Made by a program: the position numbers and the translations under genes. Below the pieces are notes generated by a model. That model was given only the letters and a program-made list of their open reading frames with translations, was not told the origin of the DNA and searched no databases. DNA of 64,000 bases. Source: Methanomassiliicoccales archaeon (lineage in GTDB: Archaea; Thermoplasmatota; Thermoplasmata; Methanomassiliicoccales; UBA472). The stretch spans positions 70,147-134,146 of the forward strand of contig DASXVU010000045.1 of the NCBI GenBank assembly GCA_036504055.1, in the 5' to 3' direction. Numbering within the stretch: position 1 is the first letter of the stretch; each line of letters opens with the position of its first letter. Positions 26,110 through 35,911 of this stretch are shown piece after piece.

Positions 26110-28881
26110 ATGCAATCATTTCCGCAGGCTGATCAATTGTCGGGCGATTTCCATTCGATGAGCGCAGAGGAGGCCGTGTCGAGCCTGGGCTCTTCCCCGG
26201 CAGGCCTGCCGGCGGAGGAGGCCGTCCGACGCCTGAAGGAGTTCGGACCGAACGAGTTGGTGAATCAACGCACCCTGTCCCCCTGGCGTCTGCTGCTGGA
26301 GCAGTTCAAGGACCTGATGGTCATCGTCCTGATCGTGGCAGCATTGATCTCTGGAACGTTGGCGCTCCTGAAGGGGTCGACAGAGGAATGGATCGACACC
26401 ATAGTGATCATAGTGATCGTGGCGGTGAACGCAATATTGGGCTTTTTCCAGACGTACCGGGCCGAGAAGACCATCGAAGCCCTTCGCGACATGGCGTCGC
26501 CACGCGCTACCGTCGTGAGAGGAGGAAACGAGATCGACACCCCCTCGAAGGACCTTGTCCCAGGGGATGTCATTATCCTTACGACCGGGGATAAGGTAGG
26601 TGCGGATGCCCGCCTGACCGATTCCTTCAACCTCAAAATGAACGAGGCGGCCCTGACCGGAGAGTCAGTACCGGTGAGCAAGGACCATGGTGTGGTGCTT
26701 CCAGAGAGCACGCTGGTCTCGGACCGGACCAATATCGTGATGGCGGGAAGCTCCATTCTGAGCGGCCGGGGCCGTGCGGTCGTCGTCTCCACTGGCATGG
26801 GCACCGAGCTGGGAAGGATCGCCCGGATGGTCCAGGGAGAGGATGAGGAAAGCCCCCTGCAGAAGAAGCTTGGGCGCCTGGGGAAGCAGATAGGTATAGG
26901 GATCGTCGGCGCCTGTGTCTTCATATTCCTCATTGGGGTCCTGCAAGGCGTCGCCATCGAAGAGATGTTCCTGACCGCGGTGAGCCTGGCGGTTGCGGCC
27001 ATCCCTGAAGGACTGCCGGCGATAGTGACCATCTCCCTAGCCCTGGGCCTACAGCGCATGGCCAAGAGAAATGCGATCATGCGCCGCTTGCCCGCGGTCG
27101 AGTCGTTGGGCAGCACGACGGTCATTTGTACGGACAAGACGGGCACCTTGACAAAGGGTGAAATGAACATCACCGAGATGTTCACCGGGGAATACCTCCA
27201 GGTTTCCGGGGATGGATATGATCCGGTGGGCGAATTCTCGACCGAGAACGGGAAGATCGAACCTGGCGATGACCCGGGCCTTACCGAGCTCCTGACGGCG
27301 GGAATTCTGTGCAATGATTCCCAACTCTACAAGGAACGAGACCGATGGAAGATAAGAGGCGATCCGACGGAGGGCACCTTGATCGTTACGGCCAGGAAGG
27401 CGGGGCTGGACCCAGACGCCATCAGGTCGGCCAACCCACGAGTGTTCGAGGTCCAGTTCGATTCCGACCGGAAACGGATGACCACTGTACATGATGTTGG
27501 CGGCCGCCGCATCGCATACATGAAAGGCGCCTCCGAAAGCGTAACGCCGCTGTGTTCCGCCATCGACGTGAACGGTTCGGTCGGCATATTGGACGAAGAT
27601 GCCATGAGGAATATCACCGAGCGTGCCGACGAGATGGCATCAAGGGCGCTTAGGATTTTGGCGATAGCCCGCAGGGATGTCACCAATGTCGCTGTGGACG
27701 AAACGGTCGAGCACGATCTCACGTTCCTGGGGCTGGTGGGGATGATCGACGCCCCAAGGAAGGAGGCGGTGGAGGCGCTGGTCCGCTGCCGCACTGCCGG
27801 CATAAAGGTCATAATGATCACCGGAGACCACGCATTGACGGCCCGGTCCATAGCCAGGGATATGTGCCTGCCCAGTTGCGATTTGGCCGAGGTGATCACC
27901 GGAACGGAATTGGAGGCGATGAGCAACGAAGAGCTGTCGCGACGGGTGAACGACGTGTCCGTCTTCGCGCGGGTGTCGCCAGAGCACAAGGTCCGCATAG
28001 TGGAGGCGCTGCAGAAGAACGGGGAGATCGTGGCCATGACCGGGGACGGCGTCAACGATGCGCCCGCCTTGAAGAAGGCGGACATCGGGATAGCCATGGG
28101 CATAACCGGAACGGATGTCGCCAAGGAATCCTCCCAGATGATACTGGTGGACGACAATTTCGCCTCCATCGTCGACGCGGTGGAAGAGGGACGGGGCGTG
28201 TACGAGAACATCCGGAAGTTCGTGAGCTATCTGCTGACATGCAACAGCGCCGAGGTCGCCTCCATGTTCGCTGCCAGCCTGATATACATTGACCCGTTGA
28301 TGCTCCCGTTCCTTCTGCCATTCCAGATACTCTGGATGAATCTGGTCACTGATGGTCTGCCGGCGCTCGCCCTTGGTGTCGATCCGACCCCGAAGGATGT
28401 CATGGAGCGACCTCCGATAGATCCCGAAGAGCCGCCCATAACGCGCCATGCAGCCTACAGAATATTTGTCCTAGGGGCCATAATGGCTGCGTCAACGCTC
28501 ATATCCTTTCAGCTGGAGTATGTGGACGCCACCATGATCATGGGCCTTTCACGGGAGGAGGCGGTCCAGAGAGCGCGTACGGTCGCGTTCTGCACACTGG
28601 TCCTGGCTCAATTGCTTTTGGTCTTCTCGGCCCGTTCACCGACAAAGACGATCAGACAGACCGGGATCCTGGACAACAAGAAGCTCATCATCGCGGTCCT
28701 GGTATCGTTCGCCTTGCAGATGGTGATCGTCTACCTCCCAGGCCTTAACACGGCCTTGCGCGTTACGCCATTGGGGTGGGAGGAATGGGCAGTGCTGGCC
28801 CCCATGGCGATGGTGGGATTGGTAGTGAATGAGATCTGGAAAGTGGTATCACGGAGAAGGTCCCTCCGGGTGAATGAATGA
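26110..28881 (+). CDS. P-type cation-transporting ATPase, P2A (Ca2+-type)
   Basis: LTGES, IPEGLP, DKTGTLT, TGDGVNDAPAL, NLVTDG; exact start uncertain (26110 or 26158). Confidence 0.93.
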   Translation: MQSFPQADQLSGDFHSMSAEEAVSSLGSSPAGLPAEEAVRRLKEFGPNELVNQRTLSPWRLLLEQFKDLMVIVLIVAALISGTLALLKGSTEEWIDTIVIIVIVAVNAILGFFQTYRAEKTIEALRDMASPRATVVRGGNEIDTPSKDLVPGDVIILTTGDKVGADARLTDSFNLKMNEAALTGESVPVSKDHGVVLPESTLVSDRTNIVMAGSSILSGRGRAVVVSTGMGTELGRIARMVQGEDEESPLQKKLGRLGKQIGIGIVGACVFIFLIGVLQGVAIEEMFLTAVSLAVAAIPEGLPAIVTISLALGLQRMAKRNAIMRRLPAVESLGSTTVICTDKTGTLTKGEMNITEMFTGEYLQVSGDGYDPVGEFSTENGKIEPGDDPGLTELLTAGILCNDSQLYKERDRWKIRGDPTEGTLIVTARKAGLDPDAIRSANPRVFEVQFDSDRKRMTTVHDVGGRRIAYMKGASESVTPLCSAIDVNGSVGILDEDAMRNITERADEMASRALRILAIARRDVTNVAVDETVEHDLTFLGLVGMIDAPRKEAVEALVRCRTAGIKVIMITGDHALTARSIARDMCLPSCDLAEVITGTELEAMSNEELSRRVNDVSVFARVSPEHKVRIVEALQKNGEIVAMTGDGVNDAPALKKADIGIAMGITGTDVAKESSQMILVDDNFASIVDAVEEGRGVYENIRKFVSYLLTCNSAEVASMFAASLIYIDPLMLPFLLPFQILWMNLVTDGLPALALGVDPTPKDVMERPPIDPEEPPITRHAAYRIFVLGAIMAASTLISFQLEYVDATMIMGLSREEAVQRARTVAFCTLVLAQLLLVFSARSPTKTIRQTGILDNKKLIIAVLVSFALQMVIVYLPGLNTALRVTPLGWEEWAVLAPMAMVGLVVNEIWKVVSRRRSLRVNE

Positions 28882-29906
28882 TCGAGATCGACGGTTCGGA
28901 AGGAGAGGGCGGCGGCCAGATGCTTAGGACAGCGTTGGGGCTGTCTGCATTGACCGGTCGCTCGTTCAGGTTGGAGAACATCCGGGCCAGAAGAGACAGG
29001 CCGGGCCTCGCCCCGCAACATCTGATGGGGGTCAAAGGGGTGGCGGAGATCTGCCATGCCGCCGTGGATGGGGCAATGGTCGGTTCGACCTCGTTGACGT
29101 TCGAGCCCGGCATCGTGGAGGCCGGGGATTACCATTTCGATGTGGGCACCGCCGGCAGCATCACCCTGGTCCTTCAGGCATGTATGCTCGCCTGCGCCAG
29201 AACGCGGTCCAGGTCCGAGTTCGACATCATCGGTGGCACCAATGTGAGGATGTCCCCGCCCTCGGACTATCTGGAGCATGTCCTTTTCCCGCTTCTGCGG
29301 AAAATAGGATACGACATCGACGTGAAGACATGCGCCAGAGGTTTCTATCCCCAGGGCGGGGGTGAGATGGTGGTCGGGATGTCGATGGGAGAGCGTGTCC
29401 TTCCATTGAACCTGGAAGAAAGGGGGAATTTCCGTCAGATATCGGGCGTCTGCTTCACCCAAAAGCTACCTGACCACATCGCCGACCGCATGGCCTCCAC
29501 CGCAAGGAAGACCCTTGTGGGACATACCCCGGTCAGACTGGTCATGGACCGAAGACATGGTCACTCGATAGGGGCCGGGATATTCCTGGCCGCGGAATAT
29601 GAGAACACTGTCCTGGCCAGCGACGCTTTGGGCGAGAAGGGCATCAGTTCGGAGAAACTGGGGGAACTGGCCGCCACCTCGCTTGTCAAGGAGATGGGGT
29701 CCGGCGAGACCCTGGACCCCCATGCCGCCGACCAGATCCTTCCATATCTGTCATTGGCTGTGGGGCCGTCCTCCTTCCTGGTAAGAGAACTGACGATGCA
29801 TTTCATGACGCAGATGGATCTGGTCTCCAAGTTCCTTGATGTTCAGATCGACACGAGATCTGAAGATGGCGTCCAGCGAGTATCGGTCGTGCCTAACCAT
29901 ACATGA
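28878..29906 (+). CDS. rtcA: RNA 3'-terminal phosphate cyclase
   Basis: IDGSEGEGGGQMLR, GFYPQGGG, LDPHAADQ. Confidence 0.93.
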   Translation: MIEIDGSEGEGGGQMLRTALGLSALTGRSFRLENIRARRDRPGLAPQHLMGVKGVAEICHAAVDGAMVGSTSLTFEPGIVEAGDYHFDVGTAGSITLVLQACMLACARTRSRSEFDIIGGTNVRMSPPSDYLEHVLFPLLRKIGYDIDVKTCARGFYPQGGGEMVVGMSMGERVLPLNLEERGNFRQISGVCFTQKLPDHIADRMASTARKTLVGHTPVRLVMDRRHGHSIGAGIFLAAEYENTVLASDALGEKGISSEKLGELAATSLVKEMGSGETLDPHAADQILPYLSLAVGPSSFLVRELTMHFMTQMDLVSKFLDVQIDTRSEDGVQRVSVVPNHT

Positions 29907-30690
29907 TGGAGCGCTTCTTGGCCAGCTCTTCCGATTCTCCGGTCTTCTTGTTGATCTCCTTGAGCGCCTGCTCCAATACCGCTGCCTCCTCGAGCAATGG
30001 CTGGGTGTCCAGACCGGTATGGAGGATGAGCTTGTCTATGGTGTGCGTGGCGGCAGCCGCGGCCCGGGCATCAGGGTAATCGGAGTGGGCCTCTGACAAT
30101 ATCGACACGACATCGAAATTGCGGTTCACGCCCTCGTTCAAAAGCACTCCGGCAAGACCGACGACGACCCCGTTCTCGAAGATCGGTATGTCGTTGCGAA
30201 GAAGCAGCTCCCTGGCGAACGGCGTCGATCCCACCCCGAAGACCGTGATGTCATCTCCTTCCTTCTTCTTGTCGATCTCGATCTCCGGCATCTCGACGCT
30301 GGTCTCCCCGGCCTTGTTGGCCAGACCTTCTGGGGAGAGGACCATTTTGCAGTGCTTGTCCTCGACCCAATCCATTATCGTCTGGGCCAGTGGCTTAAGG
30401 ATATCCTGGGGGGGCTCGAACTCGGAGACGATGACCACTATCTTCTGTGGACTTCCCTGCCCTATGACACCGGAATAGATACGGACCGGGCTGTACGGGA
30501 TTCCCTCGCGCACAATGGATACCGAGGGAAGGTAAGGGGAATCAATGATGGCGATCTGTTCCAGGTCCAGAAGTGTCACCAGGTAATTGGCGGTGATCGA
30601 ACCGACGAGCCCGATGCTGGAGAAACCCTCTATGACATATGCGCCCTTGCAGTTGTTTCTTCGGAGCTCGACGACCTCAAAATCATTCAT
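29893..30690 (-). CDS. PAC2 family proteasome assembly chaperone
   Basis: IEGFSSIGLVGSI, YPDARAAA. Confidence 0.88.
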   Translation of the reverse strand: MNDFEVVELRRNNCKGAYVIEGFSSIGLVGSITANYLVTLLDLEQIAIIDSPYLPSVSIVREGIPYSPVRIYSGVIGQGSPQKIVVIVSEFEPPQDILKPLAQTIMDWVEDKHCKMVLSPEGLANKAGETSVEMPEIEIDKKKEGDDITVFGVGSTPFARELLLRNDIPIFENGVVVGLAGVLLNEGVNRNFDVVSILSEAHSDYPDARAAAAATHTIDKLILHTGLDTQPLLEEAAVLEQALKEINKKTGESEELAKKRSIMYG

Positions 30691-30807
30691 CGGGCGAATA
30701 ACGACAAGGGGGTTATTTTTCTTTTGGCCGGAGGACGTTCCTACCTCCGGTCAGAGAAAATACTAACGTGTTGGAAGTCGATAATTATTGAGCGGGGAGT
30801 GAGGAGG

Positions 30808-31005
30808 ATGAAATGTCCTATTTGCGGCAAGGAGATGGAACCGGGTATGATGAGGACGGACAGTTTCCTTGGAGGGGCAAAATGGTTGGGTCAGCCATAC
30901 AACAGGTCGAACAAGCACACCCTCGCCAGCCCGGACTGGTTGGGATATATCAAGATGTATGGCTTCCGGTGTGCCGACTGCCGTCAGCTGGTCCTGAACT
31001 ATTGA
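30808..31005 (+). CDS. Small zinc-ribbon protein (65 aa)
   Basis: MKCPICGKEMEPG...GFRCADC; SD GAGGAGG before ATG 30808. Confidence 0.75.
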   Translation: MKCPICGKEMEPGMMRTDSFLGGAKWLGQPYNRSNKHTLASPDWLGYIKMYGFRCADCRQLVLNY

Positions 31006-31097
31006 TGGCTTTAAGGCAGACCGAGCGGTCTGGTAGAATAATGGCCAGCGGGACGACGACCACAAGCTTAAATGCAGACGGAACGGTTTTCTGGTCC

Positions 31098-31739
31098 ATG
31101 AGGCCTAGGGTCACGGTGAATTGCGCCATGTCCCCCGATGGCAAGATCGCTACCAGGGAACACAGGCAGACCAGGATATCCTCTCCCGAGGACATGGAGA
31201 GGGTCAGGTCCCTACGGGCCTCGGTCAATGCCATACTTGTAGGCATAGGGACCATATTGGCGGACGATCCGCATTTGACGGTCAAGGGGCTCCCGCCGGA
31301 AAAGAACCCGCTCCGAGTGGTGCTGGATTCCCATGGCCGGACCCCGGACGAGGCCAAGGTTCTGAACGGAAATGCAAGGACCCTCATCGTCACGAACGAA
31401 TCATGCTCAAGGACCTGGAACAATGCCCAGGTCCTGCGCGCCGGCGGGGAAACGGTGGACCTTACGATTCTTCTCCCCAAGTTGCACGACATGGGGATCA
31501 AGACCCTGATGGTGGAAGGGGGAGGTGAGACCATATGGTCATTTTTTCGGATGAATATGGTCGATGTCTATTCGGTTTACATCGGAAACGATATCCTGGG
31601 CGGCAGGATGGCACCCAGCCCGGTGGACGGGGAGGGTTTCACGGAAGGAGACAAGGTCCACCTGGAACTGCGATCGGTGGAGAGGCTGGGAGATGGGGTC
31701 CTCCTGACCTACGAGCGCCTGGGGCCGGGATGCCAGTGA
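31098..31739 (+). CDS. 2,5-diamino-6-(ribosylamino)-4(3H)-pyrimidinone 5'-phosphate reductase (RibD C-terminal type)
   Basis: NCAMSPDGKIA, GIGTILADDP, LMVEGGG. Confidence 0.88.
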   Translation: MRPRVTVNCAMSPDGKIATREHRQTRISSPEDMERVRSLRASVNAILVGIGTILADDPHLTVKGLPPEKNPLRVVLDSHGRTPDEAKVLNGNARTLIVTNESCSRTWNNAQVLRAGGETVDLTILLPKLHDMGIKTLMVEGGGETIWSFFRMNMVDVYSVYIGNDILGGRMAPSPVDGEGFTEGDKVHLELRSVERLGDGVLLTYERLGPGCQ

Positions 31740-31749
31740 TCGGATCGAC

Positions 31750-32226
31750 ATGAACATGCCGCGTTTCTCCGCCGATGAGATGCTCGGGTCTTTGGCCAGA
31801 TGGCTTCGGTTGATGGGTTACGATACCCGGTATGAAAGGGACGGCAGCGACACCGACATCTTGCTTCGGGCTAGAGAGGAGGGCCGGGTCCTGTTGACCC
31901 GGGACAAGAAGTTGGCGGAGAGAGCGGGTTCGCAAGGTCTTTATATCGACGTCCGGAACCTGGATGACCAGATAAGGCAGGTGGCGACGGCATATGATCT
32001 GGTTTTTGATGAAGATTTATCCAGATGCACAGCATGCAACGGCGAACTCGTGCTCATTGGCAGGCAGGAGGCTTCGGAGGGTGTGCCGGAAGGGGCGCTT
32101 CATTCCAACGAAGAGTTCTTTCGGTGCAAATCATGCGGTAAATACTACTGGAAAGGAAGTCACTGGACGAACATAAGGAAAAGGTTGGAAGCGTTGGACC
32201 GACCAGGTCAGGACAGTTCGCGGTAA
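31750..32226 (+). CDS. Mut7-C RNase (PIN-like) domain protein
   Basis: DEMLGSLARWLR, LLTRD, RCTACN, CKSCGKYYWKGSH. Confidence 0.88.
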   Translation: MNMPRFSADEMLGSLARWLRLMGYDTRYERDGSDTDILLRAREEGRVLLTRDKKLAERAGSQGLYIDVRNLDDQIRQVATAYDLVFDEDLSRCTACNGELVLIGRQEASEGVPEGALHSNEEFFRCKSCGKYYWKGSHWTNIRKRLEALDRPGQDSSR

Positions 32227-33146
32227 TAGTCCTCTGATATTATCTTGCCGGTGCTGGCATTCAGGATCATGACGCCCTTGACCCCTTCGATGCACCAGAT
32301 GGGCAGGTAAAAGATGCCCATGTCGGACAGCTCGATCGAGTCGGCCTTCGGGGAGACGGTCTTCTTTTCCGTCATGGTGACGTGGTTCTCCTCTTTCACC
32401 ACGTCCCTTTCGAAGGTGTGCCTCCTAACCACCTCCTGCATGACCAGGTTCTTGGCCTCCTCGGTGTCGATGAGAGGTTCCAGGCGCTTGTGCGTCACCT
32501 CCAGCGAAAAGACAATGTTCAGGTCGGCCGGCCAGGAGTCTACTTGATGGGTCAGCCCGTTCACCGCCAAAAGCCCGGTCTCGACGCCGAGCTTGTTGTC
32601 ATCGATGTACAGCGGAGCCTTGTAGCCGAAAACGTAATGCGGGACCAGTTCCAGCCGATGCCGGAAACCGGCTACCGTCTGGGCGGCGATCTGTTTTACG
32701 TCCTCGACATCCACGATCGGTTTGACGATCTTCTCCCCAAAGTCCTGGTCCACGGCCTTATCCAGATCCTCCGCGGTAACGATCTTGGGGTAATCGTCCG
32801 CACCGAACTCGTCCATCAGGCCGTGGTCCTTCTCTCCCACGATCCTCTCTATATGCACCCGGCCGATCTCGTGTTCGATCGCCTCCCGGTCCCATACGAA
32901 TGTGCGGTCGTCGACCTTTGACAGCAATGCATCGGGCAAGGGCAGAAGGGTGGCGATGACCCGCTTGCCCTTGAAGTCCTTGAAGTGCTCCATGAAATCC
33001 GAAAAATCCTTGTCGTTCAAGTCGACCAGCAATAAGAACACTACCTCGACTTCCTTCCGTTTCCCCGCGAGGAATCCATCCCGGTCGAATACCTGAAAAT
33101 CCCGGGATTCAAGTATCTCACTGATAACCGCTCTCAGCGAGGTCAA
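32208..33146 (-). CDS. Hypothetical protein with a duplicated C-terminal module
   Basis: 312-aa ORF with SD GAGGTAGG upstream; two KP/EP...P(H/I)(Y/W)...(V/L)N..T modules. Confidence 0.7.
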   Translation of the reverse strand: MTSLRAVISEILESRDFQVFDRDGFLAGKRKEVEVVFLLLVDLNDKDFSDFMEHFKDFKGKRVIATLLPLPDALLSKVDDRTFVWDREAIEHEIGRVHIERIVGEKDHGLMDEFGADDYPKIVTAEDLDKAVDQDFGEKIVKPIVDVEDVKQIAAQTVAGFRHRLELVPHYVFGYKAPLYIDDNKLGVETGLLAVNGLTHQVDSWPADLNIVFSLEVTHKRLEPLIDTEEAKNLVMQEVVRRHTFERDVVKEENHVTMTEKKTVSPKADSIELSDMGIFYLPIWCIEGVKGVMILNASTGKIISEDYYRELS

Positions 33147-33279
33147 AAGGACACCTACCTCACCTAATCATGCTTGTCTCATAAATACGTTGGTGCAATT
33201 CGTCCACATGACCTTGACCGTCCGGTTATCGGTCTGGCATATAAATATGGACAAAATAGTCCTGCATCGACACTGGTCC

Positions 33280-34251
33280 TTACCTCTCCCCATTATGGGA
33301 TGGGAGTTTCCTTTCCTTCCTCCAAGGTAGGATGGGGGCGGTCTCGCCCCGAATGACGGCCGGTAGTCCATCAGCCGAATGCTGGTCCATCTCGGTCCGC
33401 CTCACCCGTGCCCTCAGGGCATAGTTGTTGCAGGTATTGGTGGCGCATCCACCGCTCACTATCTGGCTGATCTCATGCACCGTGAGATATCTGACATCCT
33501 CCTTGGCCTCCAGCAGGTTCCAGCTTACGAATCTCTCGCCCAACGCGAAAAGCCGTTCTTCCCCCATGCTCCTCCCCATCGCCCTGACAGACCGTGCCGT
33601 TTCCCAATATGAGTGGAACCGATTGGCTGTGGAGCGAACCTCATCCATTTTTTCCTGGGACATCCGGACGATGGCCGGTTCATGATGTTTCCTCTTGATC
33701 GTGTCCGGCAGGTGGCCCGTCCATTCGTCCAGCAATGAGAAATTTATTCCTACCAGCAGCCAGGCCGAGGTCTCTCTGAATATCACCTCGCGGACCACGT
33801 TCAGCACCTGGTCGAACTCCTGGAGCATCTCCTCCTCCGTCTCCCATTTTCCCTGCTTGCGCTGGATCTCCACCAGTTGTCCTTCAGATTCAAGGATGGC
33901 CTGCTCCAGGTTCAGGGCGATGGCGGATCGGCCGATGTCCAGTACCCGGTCGGCCGTTGCGTCATCGAGGGTGAAATATCCCCTTGCCATTGGGCTTTCG
34001 AAGAGACGGTCGATTATCGTCTGAGTCACCCCCGCTGTCTTCAGGACGGCGGCTATCTTGCTGAGGTTCCAGTAAGCGTGATGGAAGAACGTGCGCACGA
34101 ACTGTAGGTCTTCCCCCTCCACCCGAAGGTCGCGCCTTATCCTGTTCCAGCTGGAATCCATAATCTCAGCCAGTACAGACCAGTTGAACGGGTACATCAC
34201 ACCCGGCAGGAACTCATCGGCCAGTACGTTAGAGTAGATATCGTCGCTCAT
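33280..34251 (-). CDS. Protein resembling the central domain of PEP-utilizing/rifampin phosphotransferase enzymes
   Basis: YSNV..E.LPGVMYPFNWS and LGE..V....L...EDVRYLT..EI patterns; no ATP-grasp or phospho-His domain. Confidence 0.5.
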   Translation of the reverse strand: MSDDIYSNVLADEFLPGVMYPFNWSVLAEIMDSSWNRIRRDLRVEGEDLQFVRTFFHHAYWNLSKIAAVLKTAGVTQTIIDRLFESPMARGYFTLDDATADRVLDIGRSAIALNLEQAILESEGQLVEIQRKQGKWETEEEMLQEFDQVLNVVREVIFRETSAWLLVGINFSLLDEWTGHLPDTIKRKHHEPAIVRMSQEKMDEVRSTANRFHSYWETARSVRAMGRSMGEERLFALGERFVSWNLLEAKEDVRYLTVHEISQIVSGGCATNTCNNYALRARVRRTEMDQHSADGLPAVIRGETAPILPWRKERKLPSHNGER

Positions 34252-34305
34252 CGCAGATTCTATTGCCCTTCCCGGCTTATCAACGTTCCCTGGGTAAATT
34301 TCAAG

Positions 34306-34728
34306 ATGCGGGGAGGAGTATCAGGAGCGATGCGCTCTGCAACGGTACGAGGCGTGGGAATCGCCCTGCTCATCGTCGGGTTGGTGACGACCGCCTGGAC
34401 GGTCTATTCGGGCCTGACCAAGTTCTATCTGGTGGTGATCGTGCCGGTCTTTGCCAGCGATAATGCTTTCGGCATGCTGCCGCTCTTGGCGATCTTTGCC
34501 GGGATCGTGCTGATCGCGCTGGCGCCGGCATTCTATGAGGATGATGACGCCCCTGCAGTAGAATCGGGACATGGCCAAGAAAGACCAGATCCCGGACGGG
34601 CCAAGGTAGGCGGTGTGGTCCTGATAGGCCCCATACCGATCCTGTTCGGGACGGACAAGAAGATGGCGCTCATGGCGGCGGGGTTAGCGATCGTGGTCCT
34701 GGCGATAATCGTTCTATTTCTGTTGTGA
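34306..34728 (+). CDS. DUF131-like small membrane protein
   Basis: GGVVLIGPIPILFGTD motif. Confidence 0.8.
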   Translation: MRGGVSGAMRSATVRGVGIALLIVGLVTTAWTVYSGLTKFYLVVIVPVFASDNAFGMLPLLAIFAGIVLIALAPAFYEDDDAPAVESGHGQERPDPGRAKVGGVVLIGPIPILFGTDKKMALMAAGLAIVVLAIIVLFLL

Positions 34729-34902
34729 AAGGTATGCCTCGGCAGCCCGGACCAGGTCCAACCTCTCGCTTTGGGCTAGTTCGCGGATTTCGCTGATGAT
34801 GCGAACGTATGAATGGTATTCTAGCCCGGCCCGGCGCATCTCCTTGCCCAGGACCTTCTCGAAAATGTCCTTCTTTCGCATGACGTCGATCGCCCTGCGC
34901 AC
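34714..34902 (-). CDS. Small hypothetical protein
   Basis: 62-aa helical ORF directly downstream of guaAA on the same strand. Confidence 0.45.
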   Translation of the reverse strand: MRRAIDVMRKKDIFEKVLGKEMRRAGLEYHSYVRIISEIRELAQSERLDLVRAAEAYLSQQK

Positions 34903-34922
34903 CGCTTTGATCTCATCAGCGC

Positions 34923-35498
34923 TTAGCTGTGCCAGCGCTGAACCACCTTCAGGAAGTTCTTGAAGATCTCCTCTCCGTGCTCGGTGTTCTCCACCTCGGG
35001 GTGGAACTGGAGACCGTAATATGGACGGTCTTTCATCTTGACCGCCTCAACGGGACATGCGTCTGTGTGGGCCAGGATATCAAACCGGGGAGGTAGCACC
35101 TTCACCTCATCGTTGTGGGATTCCCAGACATTGAACTGCTTTGGCAGCCCTTCGAAGAGCTCGTCCTCCTTCTCGACATAGAGAGCGGCCTTCCCGAACT
35201 CCGCCTGGTTGGCGGCCTCGGTGGTGCCGCCGAAGTGCGTGCACATGAACTGCATCCCGGCGCAGATCCCCAGGATCGGAAATGTAGCCCGGTCCAGGTA
35301 TTCCCCGTTGCAGCCCATGCGGCAGTCGTCCGTGGCGACGTGCGGAGAGCCTCCGGAAAGTACCAATGCGTCCACCTCCCCGATCTGGTCGAACGGGGTG
35401 GTGTTCGGCAGGATCTTCGTATCGACCTTGAGGTACTTCAGGACCCTCCATTCTCTGTGGGTCCATTGACCCCCATTGTCAATGACGTAAACCTTCAT
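34923..35498 (-). CDS. guaAA: GMP synthase glutamine amidotransferase subunit A
   Basis: VIDNGGQWTH, LGICAGMQ, QFHPEV. Confidence 0.93.
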   Translation of the reverse strand: MKVYVIDNGGQWTHREWRVLKYLKVDTKILPNTTPFDQIGEVDALVLSGGSPHVATDDCRMGCNGEYLDRATFPILGICAGMQFMCTHFGGTTEAANQAEFGKAALYVEKEDELFEGLPKQFNVWESHNDEVKVLPPRFDILAHTDACPVEAVKMKDRPYYGLQFHPEVENTEHGEEIFKNFLKVVQRWHS

Positions 35499-35561
35499 CG
35501 CGTGATGCAATGGGCAGGTCATTAATAAAATCGATGTCCGGCCCCTTCGGGCGGCCTATCC

Positions 35562-35792
35562 TCATCTGCCCGTTTCTGATGGTGCTCCCTTCGACTTGCA
35601 GGCCTTGCATTCCCTTCGCCTGATCAGGAACCCCGCCCCGAAGAGCAGAGCCAGGAAAAGGCTGCCCACTCCGAACCAGCTGCCCGTCGTCAGGATAAGG
35701 ATGCCAAAGATCAGGTTCACTGCGATCAATAACAGCAGAAGCAGGTCAACGGCGTCGATAAGGCTCTTTCCGCAGCGGTCGCAAACATACAT
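35562..35792 (-). CDS. Small membrane protein, CxxC-2TM-CxxC
   Basis: CDRC, two hydrophobic helices, CKAC. Confidence 0.6.
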   Translation of the reverse strand: MYVCDRCGKSLIDAVDLLLLLLIAVNLIFGILILTTGSWFGVGSLFLALLFGAGFLIRRRECKACKSKGAPSETGR

Positions 35793-35911
35793 CGCCCCTC
35801 CATGGCATCGCTGACCTAATCAACCCTCCCACAGTGATCGCATCATATCTTCGCCATGAACCGCATGGTCAAGAAAAAGTATTAAGAATCGAAATCGAGG
35901 TAGTGCCAGAC

